Source: Desulfatibacillum sp.
Lineage (GTDB): Bacteria; Desulfobacterota; Desulfobacteria; Desulfobacterales; SpSt-501
Assembly (NCBI GenBank): GCA_020725555.1
Contig: DYEU01000018.1
Span: 79,113-143,112, forward strand
DNA length: 64,000 nucleotides
Direction: 5' to 3'
The stretch's first letter is position 1; each line of letters starts with the position of its first letter. The translations under genes were made by a program, and so were the position numbers. Below are positions 1 to 9,746 of this stretch, piece after piece. Under the pieces are notes generated by a model that did not search any database, was not told where the DNA came from, and was given only the letters and a program-made list of their open reading frames with translations.

Positions 1-30
1 TCATGGTCCCTGTCCTCTGCGGCGCCGCGA

Positions 31-981
31 TCAGCGGATGAAATCGTTCGGGTCGTTGGGCCGGTAGTGATCGAGCGCCGGCCGCACCTCGAGGCTCAGC
101 CCGGCTTCCCAGCCGAAGAGCTCGAGGCAGTCCTTTTCGAGTTTTTTTGTGAACAGGCGCATGTTGATCCCCACGGGGCAGGCGCGCTCGCAGGCGCCGC
201 AGTCCGTGCAGCGGCCGGCGCAGTGGTAGGCCCGCAGGAAATGGAAGGTGCGCACGTCGACCGGGTCCTGGCCCTTGCCCACCCACTGCGGCCGCGACTC
301 GTCCACGAAGCAGGTCGGGCAATAGCACAGGGGGCAGGCGTTGCGGCAGGCGTAGCAGCGGATGCACGGGGCGAGCAGGTCCTCGAAGTACTTCCAGCGC
401 TGCTCGGGCGACATCGCCTCGACGGCGCGCACGTCGGCGTAGCGGTCCACGCCCTGCTGCTCCTCGACCGGCTCGCCCGCCAGCTCGTCGTGGATCACCG
501 GGTTGCGGTGGGTGCAGAGGCTGCAGTTGTGCTGGAGCACGTCGGCCTTCTCGAAGGTCCGGGTGAAGCCCTCGCCCTCGGCGGTGATCGCGGTCTCGGT
601 TTCGTGCACGCGCAGGATCTCGCCGGGGCATTTCATCGCGATCTTGCGCTTGTCCGCCATCCCGCGGCAGGGGACCCCGATCACCACGAGCTGCTCGCGG
701 CGGATCTTGTTCTCCAGGATGTGCGTCACGAGGTTGCGCGAATCGCAGCCCTTGGCGACGATCCCGATCTTCTTTTCCTTGCGGTCGGTCACGTAGTTCG
801 CCAGGTTGATGCCGCAGTGGCTGTCCCAGACGAGGAGCCCCGCCTCGGCGGGCTTGCGCACGAAGCAGGGCTCGTTCATCATCGGGATCGTTCCCTGGCG
901 GAAGCCGATCACCATCTCCACCGCCCCGCTGGCAAGCAGCCGCGCGGCGGTCTCGCGGAGGATTTCGGTCGTGCTCGTCAT
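31..981 (-). CDS. FrhB/FdhB-like iron-sulfur protein (F420-hydrogenase beta-like domain plus two [4Fe-4S] ferredoxin motifs), distal gene of the hdrA-mvhD operon
   Basis: 316-aa ORF with Cys motifs CIRCYACRNACPLCYC and CTDCGACERACP. Its ATG lies 1 nt after the mvhD stop. A further minus-strand ATG at position 4 suggests the operon continues off the window. Confidence 0.75.
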   Translation of the reverse strand: MTSTTEILRETAARLLASGAVEMVIGFRQGTIPMMNEPCFVRKPAEAGLLVWDSHCGINLANYVTDRKEKKIGIVAKGCDSRNLVTHILENKIRREQLVVIGVPCRGMADKRKIAMKCPGEILRVHETETAITAEGEGFTRTFEKADVLQHNCSLCTHRNPVIHDELAGEPVEEQQGVDRYADVRAVEAMSPEQRWKYFEDLLAPCIRCYACRNACPLCYCPTCFVDESRPQWVGKGQDPVDVRTFHFLRAYHCAGRCTDCGACERACPVGINMRLFTKKLEKDCLELFGWEAGLSLEVRPALDHYRPNDPNDFIR

Positions 982-982
982 G

Positions 983-1414
983 TCAGGCGACCTCGGCCAG
1001 TGGCTTGATGAAGCGCGTGTTCGGGCCGAGCGCGCGCACGGCCTCGGTGACCTGGGCGGCCACGGTGACGAACTTCGTCGACTCGGCCGAGGAGATCCAG
1101 GAGAACTGGAGGCGTCCGGGCTCGATCCCCATGTGCTCCATCAGGTTCTTGAACAGCGCGAATTTGCGACGGGCGTAGTAATTACCTTCCAGGTAATGGC
1201 ATTCCCCGGGGTGTCACCCGGAGACCCAGACGCCGTCGGCCCCCTCCCGCAGGGCGGCGAGGAAAAAGTTGGGGCTCATGCGGCCGGTGCAGGGAATGCG
1301 GATCACGCGGATGTGGGGCGGGTACTCCATGCGGCCGACCCCGGCGAGGTCCGCGGCCCCGTAACTGCACCAGTTGCACAGGAACGCGACGATCTTGGGC
1401 TCCCAGTCCGACAT
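983..1414 (-). CDS. mvhD: MvhD-like (methyl-viologen-reducing hydrogenase delta subunit family) selenoprotein; in-frame UGA at 1214-1216 read as Sec
   Basis: The last 66 codons of ORF 1214..3721 ([25 protein letters not shown]...ADGVWVSG) stop at TGA 1214-1216. The same frame continues [18 protein letters not shown]...KPLAEVA to TGA 983-985. The joined 143 codons reproduce the MvhD G-C-H-P-G-x-C-H-Y motif with UGA at the first Cys position. Confidence 0.85.
1181..1197 (-). promoter_or_regulatory. candidate bacterial SECIS hairpin for the mvhD UGA
   Basis: RNA AUUACC-UGGAA-GGUAAU (6-bp perfect stem, 5-nt loop) starts 17 nt after the UGA. The loop occupies UGA+23..+27. Confidence 0.55.
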
Positions 1415-1428
1415 CTCGCTGCCTCCTC

Positions 1429-4400
1429 TCATACCGCTTCGCGCAGGCTGAAGATCTGGGCGAAGATCTGGTCGTTGTCGAAGCCTTTCAGGTGGATGGC
1501 CCCCGAGCGGCAGGAGGCCACGCACAGGCCGCAGCCCTTGCACAGGACGGGGTTGATCTGCGCGCGCTCGGCGAAGGGCCCCTTCTCGATCCAGGAGGGG
1601 GCCGAGTAGGGGCAGATCGACACGCACACCCCGCAGCGGCTGCACATCCGCGGGTCCACCTCGGCGACCGTGCCGCTCGTGTAGAGCGTCTTGCGCGCCA
1701 GCAGGGTGACCGCGCGGGAGGCCGCCGCCTGGCCCTGGGCGATCGCCTCGTCGATCGGCTTGGGGTAATGGGCGAGCCCGCAGAGGAAGACCCCGTCGGT
1801 GGCGAACTCCGAGGGGCCGAGCTTGGCGTGCCGCTCGACGAAGAAGCCGTCGGCGTTCAGGGGGACCTTGAAGAACTGGGCGAGGGCCTCGTTCTCCTGC
1901 GGCAGGATCGCCGTCGCCAGGGTCAAGAGATCGGCTTCGAGCTCGAGCTCGCGGCCGAGGATGGGGTCGAAGACGCGGACGAGGAGCCGGCCGCCCTCGA
2001 GGCGCACCTCGGGTTTGCGCTCGCGGGAGAAGCGCACGAAGATCACCCCCAGCTCGCGCGCCTTTTTGTAGAGCAGCTCCCGCTCCCCGTAGGTGCGCAG
2101 GTCCCGGTAGAGAACGAAGACGTTCATCTCCGGGTTCATCTCCTTGAGGTGGATCGCGTTGTCCACGCTGTGGGTGCAGCAGACGCGCGAGCAGTAGGGG
2201 CGCTCGGGCTCCCGGGAGCCCACGCACTGGATGAAGACGGCGCTCGCGAGCCGGCCGAGCGCCGGGTCGCCCTCGAGGATCCTGCGGTCGAGCTCGAGGC
2301 TGGTCAGGATGCGCGGGTCGGTCCCGTACCCGTACTCGCTCGGCCGGTAGGGCCGGCCGCCGGTGGCGAGGATGGCGACCCCGTGCTCGATCACCTGGCT
2401 GCCGCCCGCCCCCTCGAGGGTCGTCTTGAAGTTGCCGACGAAGCCCTCCACCCGGCAGATCGAGGCCCCGCGGTGCACCTGGATCCGGGGGTCGGCCTCG
2501 ACCTCGGCGATCATGGAGGAGAGCAGCTCCGGCACGGGCTCCCCGCGCGCCGTGCGGTAGAGGTTCCGGGCCTGCCCCCCGAGACGGTCTTCCTTCTCGA
2601 CGAGATGGACCGCGTAGCCCTGCCGCGCCAGGCTGCGGGCCGCGGCCATGCCCGCCAGCCCGCCGCCGACGACGAGGGCGCTCTGGTGGATTTCGAGCTC
2701 CGCCTCGCGCAGCGGGGAGAGCAGCGCCGCCTTTTCGACCGCCATGCGCACGAGGTCCTTCGCCTTGCGCGTGGCCAGCTCGGGGGCGTTCTTGTGCACC
2801 CAGGAGTCCTGGTTGCGGATGTTCGCCATCTCGAAGAGGTACTTGTTCAACCCGGCGTTGACGAGCGTCTCCTGGAAGAGCGGCTCGTGGGTCTTCGGCG
2901 TGCAGGCCGCGACCACGACCCGGTTCAGGTTCTTCTCGCGGATGATCTTGGAGATGGTCTCCTGGGTGTCCTGGGAACAGGAATAGAGGTTGTCGGTGGC
3001 GAACTCGACGTAGGGCAGGCTCTTGGCGTACTCGGCGACCGCCGGGACGTCGACGACGCCGGCGATGTTGGTCCCGCAGCGGCAGACGAACACCCCGATC
3101 CGCGGCCGCTCGTTTGCCACGTTCACCTCGGGGACCTTCTCCTTCGTGCGGGTCCGGGTGCCCCGGGCGGGGGCGAGGACCTCGCCGGCGGCCATCGCCG
3201 CCGCGCTCGCGTCGATCACCGACTGGGGGATGTCCTTGGGGCCCTGGAAGGCGCCGCAGACGTAGATGCCCGCGCGCGAGGAGGCGACGGGGGTGAGGCT
3301 CGCGGTGCGGCAGAAGCGCCCCGGGGTGAGTTCGAGACCCAGGCGCCGCGCGAGATCGAGAACCCCCGGGGAGACCTCCATGCCGATCGAGAGCACCACG
3401 AGGTCGAAGACCTCGGTGTGGAGGCTTCCGTCCTCGGCGATGTAGCGCACCTCGAGGTCGTCGGTCGTCCCCACCGGGGTCACCGAGTGCACCCGGCTGC
3501 GGATGAAGCGCACGCCGTGGCGTTCGCGGGCGTCGTCGTAGAAGCGCTCGAATTCCTTGCCGTGGGTGCGCATGTCCATGAAGAAGACCGCGCAGTCGAG
3601 CCCCGGGCCCACGTGCTCCTTGGCGATCACGGCCTCCTTGACCGCGTACATGCAGCAGACCGCGGAGCAGTAAGCGTTGTCGCAGCGGTTGAGGTCGCGC
3701 GAGCCCACGCACTGGAACCAAGCGATCTTCTTCGGGTCCCGGCCGTCCTTGGAGAGCCGCTTCACGTGGCCCTGCGTGGGCCCCGAGGCGGAGAGCATGC
3801 GCTCGAACTCCATGGCGGTCATCACGTTGGGCAGCTTCGCGTACTGGTAGTTGTCATAGCGCGCCGGGTCGAAGGGCACGAACCCCGGGGCGAGCACCAC
3901 CGCGCCCACGCGCACCGTGGAGGTGACCGGCTTCTGGTCGAAATCCACGGCCCCCGTCGGGCAGATCTTCTTGCAGGCGCCGCATTTGCCCTTCTGGAGG
4001 AAGATGCACTCCTCGGGGTCGATGGCGTACTTGAGCGGCACGGCCTGCGGGTACTCCACGTAGGCCGCCTTGCGCTTGGAGAGCCCCATGTTGTAGGTGT
4101 CGACGGTCTTCTTGGGGCATTTCTCGGCGCAGGCGCCGCAGCCGATGCACTTCTCGATGTCGATGTAGCGGGGGTGCTGCAGGAGCTCGACTTCGAAGTC
4201 CCCCGCCTCGCCCCGGATGTCCTGGACCTCGGTGAGCGTTTTCAGCTCGATGTTCAGATGCCGGCCGACCTCGACCAGTTTGGGCGAGATGATTCACATC
4301 GCGCAGTCGCAGGTGGGAAAGGTCTTGTCCAGCTGCGACATGACGCCCCCGATGGAGGGCCCTTTTTCCACGAGGTAGACGTAGTAGCCCGCATCGGCGA

Positions 4401-4473
4401 GATCCAGCGCGGCTTGCATGCCGGCGATCCCGCCGCCGACCACCATGGCCGAACCGATGAGTTCCTTTGGCAT
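1429..4473 (-). CDS. hdrA: large HdrA-like heterodisulfide reductase subunit A flavoprotein (about 1014 codons), selenoprotein; in-frame UGA at 4294-4296 read as Sec
   Basis: ORF 4294..4611 from its Met47 ([28 protein letters not shown] upstream) ends ...[11 protein letters not shown] at TGA 4294-4296. The frame continues [14 protein letters not shown]... straight into ORF 1429..4089. The HdrA signature FPT-x-DC-x-x-C-I-x-x-PK has UGA at the last Cys. There is a second GGGLAGM dinucleotide fold and C-terminal [12 protein letters not shown] / [11 protein letters not shown] motifs. Confidence 0.88.
4261..4278 (-). promoter_or_regulatory. candidate SECIS hairpin for the hdrA UGA
   Basis: RNA CUGGUC-GAGGUC-GGCCGG (6-bp stem including 2 G-U pairs, loop containing GGUC). 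The loop occupies UGA+22..+27, the same distance as in the other two candidates. Confidence 0.35.
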
Positions 4474-4725
4474 CGCTCTTGACTCTCCTTCGCAGAGGAA
4501 CAGCGCTTTGGGTTTCGGGGCGGCCCCGGCGCCCCCCGGCCTTGTGCCGGGGCGGCGGAAACCGGCGCCCTCCGGCCCCCGGCGGCCCCGTCGGCGGCCG
4601 GCCCGGGGCAACGGCGCGCCAAGGGGCCATCTCTACGCGCAGCCGTCGGGATTGTCAATAGAGATCGGACCGTTCCGGGCGTTGAGCCGCGCCCGCTCCG
4701 TGTGCTATCAGGGCCCATCTCGGCC

Positions 4726-5721
4726 ATGAGCGCACCCTGCCCCCCCCACCCCGCGCCGCGCGCCGGCGATCGCGCCGCCCCCCGCGTGATCGTCCTCTGC
4801 GGCCCGACCGCCGCGGGCAAGACCGCCGTCGGCATCGCGCTCGCCCGCGAGCTGGGCGGGGAGATCGTCGGCGCGGACGCGATGCAGGTCTACCGCCGCA
4901 TGGACATCGGCACGGCCAAGCCGACCCCGGCCGAGCGCGCGCTCGTCCCCCATCACCTGATCGACGTCGTCGAGCCCGACGAGCCCTTCGACGCCGCGCG
5001 CTACGCCGCCCTCGCGCGGCGGGCCGTGGCCGACATCCGCCGCCGCGGGAAGGTCCCCCTTGTCGTGGGGGGGACCGGTCTCTACATCAAGGCCCTGCTC
5101 CACGGGATCTTCCCCGGCCCGGCGGGGGACCCGGCGGTGCGGCTGCGGCTTGCGGCCGAACTCGCCGCCCGGGGGGTGGAGGCGCTGCATGCGCGGCTGG
5201 CGCACGGCGACCCCGAAACCGCCCGGCGGCTCCACCCGCGCGACACCGCGCGCATCCTGCGCGCCCTCGAGGTCCTGGAGACGACCGGCCGGCCAATCTC
5301 CGCCTTCCAGCAGGACCACCGCTTCGCCGACTCCCCCTATGCCTCCCTGATCCTCGGCCTCGAAATCGAGCGGCCGCTTCTTTATGCGCGCATCGACCGG
5401 CGGGTGGAGGAGATGCTCGCGGCGGGGCTCGAAGAGGAGGTGCGCGGCCTTCTCGCCGCCGGCTTCTCCCCCCGCCTCAAGCCGATGCAGTCCCTCGGCT
5501 ACCGCCACGTCGCCGCCTGGCTCGAGGGCCGGCTCTCCCGCGAGGAGGCCGTGCGCACGATGAAGCGCGACACGCGGCGCTACGCCAAGCGCCAGATGAC
5601 CTGGTTCCGCGCGACGGCCGGCATCCGCTGGTTTGCCCCGGCGGAGTTCCCCGCGATCGCCGCCGCCTGCCGGGCCTTCCTCGAGCCCGCCCCGCGGACG
5701 GGGCCGCCCGCCGCGCGCTAA
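4726..5721 (+). CDS. miaA: tRNA dimethylallyltransferase
   Basis: P-loop VIVLCGPTAAGKTAVGIALA, then DAMQVYRRMDIGTAKPT and the DxxR/tRNA-binding region. The ORF track starts at GTG 4702; ATG 4726 is the alternative used here. Confidence 0.9.
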   Translation: MSAPCPPHPAPRAGDRAAPRVIVLCGPTAAGKTAVGIALARELGGEIVGADAMQVYRRMDIGTAKPTPAERALVPHHLIDVVEPDEPFDAARYAALARRAVADIRRRGKVPLVVGGTGLYIKALLHGIFPGPAGDPAVRLRLAAELAARGVEALHARLAHGDPETARRLHPRDTARILRALEVLETTGRPISAFQQDHRFADSPYASLILGLEIERPLLYARIDRRVEEMLAAGLEEEVRGLLAAGFSPRLKPMQSLGYRHVAAWLEGRLSREEAVRTMKRDTRRYAKRQMTWFRATAGIRWFAPAEFPAIAAACRAFLEPAPRTGPPAAR

Positions 5722-7001
5722 TCGAGACGCAGCGTCCCCGCCGCGTCGAAGGAGAGCGGCCTCGCCTCCCCCACCTCGGCCTGCGGCAGGGCCGAGAGCT
5801 CGGGGGCGAGCGCGGCGCTCGCCCACCACTCGCCCAGATGCAGCGTGTCGCGCAGGATCACGGCGCGCACGGCCTCGGCCGGGGTGGGGCCCAGGGTGGT
5901 GAAGCAGGCTTGGATCGCCTTGCGGTCGTCGGGCATGCGGATGGGGATGAAGGCCTTGTGGAGGGAAAGGCTGGTGAGCGCGTTCATCACCGTCGCCTCG
6001 TAATCCATGGCGCGGAAGACGGCCTCGGTGATGAAGTCGGCGTTTCCCAGACCGATCGCGTTTCCGCCCGTCGCCGGCGACAGCCCCAGGACGGCGACCC
6101 GGGTGGCGCGCAGGATCTCCGAGAAATCGCTTTCCATCAGGTCGAAGGCCCGGCCGGTGACGTTCGGGTCCATGCCCGCCCCGCTCAGATCCTTGCCGAT
6201 CCGGCCGATCACCAGGACGTCGAGCGTGCGGAAGGGCAGCCGCGGGATCAGCTCGTTGGCGAGCCGGTTCAGGCGGGATTCCTCCTCGAGCAGCCGCTCG
6301 GCGAAGACGGCCTCGATCCGCGCCGGCTCGTCGTGGGCGTCCTCGACGACGGCGACCCCGAAGCGGAAATTCGCCGCCCGGGCGAGCGCCGTCCCCATCT
6401 CGCGGAGCAGCGGGAAAAACCCGTATTTCATCGCGTAGCGGTGGAAGGCGAGCGCCCCCTCGTGCTTGCCCAGCCCCACGCAGAGCATCTTGAGGATCCC
6501 CGACTCGGCCGGGCCGCGGAACTTGGAGTGCGGCTTGATGCGGTTCAGCACGATCGCGTGGTCGAGGGCGAGGGCGTCCTCGGCGTAGAAGAGCGGGACC
6601 TCGCCCAGGACGGTGCCGACCCGCCGCACGGCGAGCGAGGAGACGACCGGCGCGCCGCAGGTCTCCTCGGTGACCCCCAAGCGCTGGAGCACCGCCGCCT
6701 GCCCCTCGGCCGTCGCCCCGCCGTGGCTGCCCATGGCGGGCAGGATCACGGGCCGCGCCCCCGCCTCCCGCAGCACGCGGCAGCTCTCGCGCACGAACTC
6801 GGCCAGGCGGCGGATCCCGCGGCTGCCGACGCCGAGGCCCACGCGGTCCCCGGGCCGCACGCCGGCGGCGGCGAGCGCCTCGCGCAGCACGCGGCGAAGC
6901 TCGCCCACGGGGTCGGCGAGCCCCCGGTGCGGGTAGCGCAGGCGCACGCGGTGAAAGGGCGGGAAGTCGAAGGCGTTCTCGATGAAGGGCGGATAGCGCA
7001 T
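5718..7001 (-). CDS. DUF2088 / lactate-racemase-N-terminal-like domain protein
   Basis: Recognised by eye from conserved blocks VGSRGI...PAMGSHGGATAEGQ...GVTEE...NRIKPHSKFRG..ESGILKM..VGLGKHEGA. The ORF track start is TTG 7031; ATG 7001 is preceded by GGGGAG. Confidence 0.6.
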   Translation of the reverse strand: MRYPPFIENAFDFPPFHRVRLRYPHRGLADPVGELRRVLREALAAAGVRPGDRVGLGVGSRGIRRLAEFVRESCRVLREAGARPVILPAMGSHGGATAEGQAAVLQRLGVTEETCGAPVVSSLAVRRVGTVLGEVPLFYAEDALALDHAIVLNRIKPHSKFRGPAESGILKMLCVGLGKHEGALAFHRYAMKYGFFPLLREMGTALARAANFRFGVAVVEDAHDEPARIEAVFAERLLEEESRLNRLANELIPRLPFRTLDVLVIGRIGKDLSGAGMDPNVTGRAFDLMESDFSEILRATRVAVLGLSPATGGNAIGLGNADFITEAVFRAMDYEATVMNALTSLSLHKAFIPIRMPDDRKAIQACFTTLGPTPAEAVRAVILRDTLHLGEWWASAALAPELSALPQAEVGEARPLSFDAAGTLRLD

Positions 7002-7058
7002 GGGCTCCCCCGGGGCGCCGCGCACCGGCAAGGGGCGGCCGCGGCGCCGGCGGCTCGT

Positions 7059-7460
7059 TTACGGTCGGGGCGGCGGCTCGGCGAGCAGCCGCAGGCCGGA
7101 GACGAAGCTCTCGAACTCGGGATCCCCGACCGGCTCCCAGGGCCGGCTCGGCAGAAACTGCAGAAAGGACGACGTCCCGGGGCTGAAGACCTTGCCCGAC
7201 TGGATGCGCGGCGCCGGCAGCCGGTACTTGAACCCCTCGCCCAGGTCCAGCCAGAGGTCGAGCTCGTCTGCCTCCTCGAGCAGCTCAACGAGGAGCAGCG
7301 GCCGGAGGCGGCCGCGGCCGGAGAGGGTGCGCCGGCCCCCGCGGCCCTCGGCGACCTCGAGCACGGCCTCCTCGAGCGCAACCCCCACCGGCGCGGCGCG
7401 GCGCACGAGAAAGGCGCGCTCGATCCCGTAACGGCCCTCGGCAAAGGGGATCCAGTCCAT
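7059..7460 (-). CDS. hypothetical protein (133 aa)
   Basis: Internal ATG of ORF 7059..7772 (MDWIPFAEGRYGIERAF...) preceded by GGAGGAGG. The upstream part of that ORF is Arg/Pro-rich noise. I recognised no family. Confidence 0.5.
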   Translation of the reverse strand: MDWIPFAEGRYGIERAFLVRRAAPVGVALEEAVLEVAEGRGGRRTLSGRGRLRPLLLVELLEEADELDLWLDLGEGFKYRLPAPRIQSGKVFSPGTSSFLQFLPSRPWEPVGDPEFESFVSGLRLLAEPPPRP

Positions 7461-7656
7461 CGGCCTCCTCCGCGGCGCATCGGGCGGACCCGGAAGCCCT
7501 TCCGGCCGCCTTTTTGTTGCTTGTACGCCGATTTCCGCCCGCGGATCAAGCCGGCGGCGCGCCCGCTTGAAACGCCCGGCGGTTCGCTGGTAGTGTTTCC
7601 CTTCCCGCGGAACGGGGATCCCCCCGGCGGGAGGAAACGCGATCGGGAGGTGCGTC

Positions 7657-9486
7657 ATGTACGGCTGGTGCGGCAGGATCCTGCGGGTGGACCTCACCCG
7701 CGGGCGGATCACGACCGAGGCGCTCGACCCCGGGATCGCCCGGGACTGGATCGGCGGCCGGGGCTTCGGCATCCACTACCTCCGGCGGGAGGTCCCCCCC
7801 GCGTGCGACCCCTTAGGCCCCGAAAACAAGGTGGTGCTGGCCACGGGGCCGCTCACGGGGACGGCGGCGCCGACCGGCGCGCGCTACGTCGCGACGACCC
7901 GCTCCCCGCTCACGGGGGCGATCACCTGCTCCAACTCCGGCGGCTTTTTCCCCGCGGAGCTCAAGAAAAGCGGCTGGGACGCCGTGATCGTGGAGGGCAG
8001 CGCCCCCGCGCCGGTCTACCTCTGGATCGACGGGGAGCGGGCCGAGCTGCGGCCCGCCGGCCACTTCTGGGGGAAGACCACCCACGAGACCGACGACCTG
8101 CTGCGCGCGGAAACCCACGCCGAGGCCAAAACCGCGGTCATCGGGCCCGCGGGCGAGCGCCGCGTGCGCTTCGCCGCCCTGATGAACGACCGTGACCGCG
8201 CCGCCGGCCGCGCGGGGGTGGGCGCCGTCTTCGGGGCGAAGCACCTCAAGGGCATCGCCGTGCGCGGCGAGGGCGAAGTCGCCCTGGCGGACCCGGCGGC
8301 CTTCAAGGCCGCCAACGCCGCCTTCCGCGGCCGCTTCAAGGAAAAGACCCGCGACAACCCGCCCCCCCTCCGGCTGCACGGCACGGCGATCACCGTCGTC
8401 GGCACCCAGAGCCACGGGGTCTTCCCCACGCGCAACTTCCGCGAGGGCCAGTTCGAGGGCTGGGAGGCGATCTACGGCGAGACCCTGACCCGGAAGTACC
8501 TCGTGCGGCCCAAGGCCTGCTTCAGCTGCCCGATCGCCTGCGGCCGGGTGACCCGCATCCCGGAGGGGCCCTACCGGGGGGAGGGCGAGGGGCCGGAGTA
8601 TGAGACGGTCTACGCCCTCGGCTCCAACTGCGGCGTGGACGACCTCGCCGCGCTCACCAAGGCGAACTACCTCTGCAACGAGCTCGGCCTGGACACGATC
8701 AGCATGGGCGGGGCGATCGCCTGCGCCATGGAGCTCTTCGAGCGCGGGCTGCTGACGGAGGCCGAGACGGGGATGGCCCTGCGCTGGGGCGACGGGGCCG
8801 CACTCGTCGAGCTGACCCGCCGCACCGGGTTGCGCGAGGGCTTCGGCGACCTTCTCGCCGAGGGCAGCCTGCGGCTCGCCGCCCGCTGCGGGGCCCCCGA
8901 GCTCGCCATGGTCGCCAAGGGGCTCGATTTCGCGGGCTATGACCCGCGCGGCGAGCAGGGCATGGGGCTCGCCTACGCCACCTCGCCGATCGGCGGCTCG
9001 CACATGCGCGGGGATCCCGCCTATTTCGAGCTCCTCGGGGTGCCGGTCGCGGCCGACCCGCACAGCTGGGAGGACAAGCCGCCGCTGATCGCCAAGTGGC
9101 AGGACGTCTTCTGCGTGATCGACGCGGCCGGGCTGTGCGTCTTCTTCAGCGTGCGCTACCTCGTCGAGCCGGACCTGATGATCCGCCCGGTCGGCATCAC
9201 CGAGCTCCTCAACGGGGCGACCGGCGCCGGCTACACCCCCGAGGAGGTGGAGCGGATCGGCGAGCGCATCTTCAACGCCGAGCGCCTCTACATCCTCGCC
9301 GCCGGCTTCGGCCGCAAGGACGACACGCTGCCGCCGCGGATCCTCAAGGAACCCATGCCCTCGGGCCCGGCAAAGGGTCTCGTCTGCCGCCTGGAAGAGA
9401 TGCTCGGGCCCTACTACCGGGTGCGCGGCTGGAGCGCGGAGGGGGTGCCGACGCGGGAGAAACTCGCCTCCCTGGGCCTTCTGTGA
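7657..9486 (+). CDS. aor: aldehyde:ferredoxin oxidoreductase (tungstopterin AOR family)
   Basis: 609 aa. N-terminus MYGWCGRILRVDLTRGRITTE...GGRGFG and the AOR-family length and blocks (CFSCPIACGR, GLDTISMG). GGGAGG RBS. Confidence 0.92.
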   Translation: MYGWCGRILRVDLTRGRITTEALDPGIARDWIGGRGFGIHYLRREVPPACDPLGPENKVVLATGPLTGTAAPTGARYVATTRSPLTGAITCSNSGGFFPAELKKSGWDAVIVEGSAPAPVYLWIDGERAELRPAGHFWGKTTHETDDLLRAETHAEAKTAVIGPAGERRVRFAALMNDRDRAAGRAGVGAVFGAKHLKGIAVRGEGEVALADPAAFKAANAAFRGRFKEKTRDNPPPLRLHGTAITVVGTQSHGVFPTRNFREGQFEGWEAIYGETLTRKYLVRPKACFSCPIACGRVTRIPEGPYRGEGEGPEYETVYALGSNCGVDDLAALTKANYLCNELGLDTISMGGAIACAMELFERGLLTEAETGMALRWGDGAALVELTRRTGLREGFGDLLAEGSLRLAARCGAPELAMVAKGLDFAGYDPRGEQGMGLAYATSPIGGSHMRGDPAYFELLGVPVAADPHSWEDKPPLIAKWQDVFCVIDAAGLCVFFSVRYLVEPDLMIRPVGITELLNGATGAGYTPEEVERIGERIFNAERLYILAAGFGRKDDTLPPRILKEPMPSGPAKGLVCRLEEMLGPYYRVRGWSAEGVPTREKLASLGLL

Positions 9487-9511
9487 ACCCCGCCGGCGGG
9501 AGGGGCGCGGC

Positions 9512-9739
9512 ATGCGGGTCTCGGTCCAGGCCTTCGCCAACCTCAAGGCCTTCGCGCCCGGGGGCGACGGCGAGGTGTCCCTCCCCGAGGGGGCCACGGT
9601 GCGGGACCTGCTCGCCCGGCTCGCGATCCCGCCCGGGGTCGAGGCCGTGGTGCTCGTGAACGGCCGGCGCGCCGGCGGGGAGCAGCGGCTGTCCGCCGGC
9701 GACCGGCTGGTCCTTTTCCCGCCGATGGAGGGCGGCTGA
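9512..9739 (+). CDS. MoaD/ThiS-family ubiquitin-like sulfur-carrier protein
   Basis: 75 aa ending in ...FPPMEGG (C-terminal Gly-Gly), directly after aor. Confidence 0.8.
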   Translation: MRVSVQAFANLKAFAPGGDGEVSLPEGATVRDLLARLAIPPGVEAVVLVNGRRAGGEQRLSAGDRLVLFPPMEGG

Positions 9740-9746
9740 GGGGCCC

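Noticed and set aside
4294-4296. Reading the three in-frame TGAs (1214, 4294, 58402) as genuine stops or pseudogene lesions
   Set aside because: Each falls on a conserved Cys column and the downstream frame stays open to a sensible gene end. Each also has a hairpin loop at +22..+27, and these protein families are known selenoproteins. Three independent nonsense mutations at Cys codons would be very unlikely.
1492-4482. 996-aa plus-strand ORF opposite hdrA
   Set aside because: It is antisense to a gene with clear HdrA motifs, and its composition is dominated by G/A/R/D/L/V with no recognisable domain.
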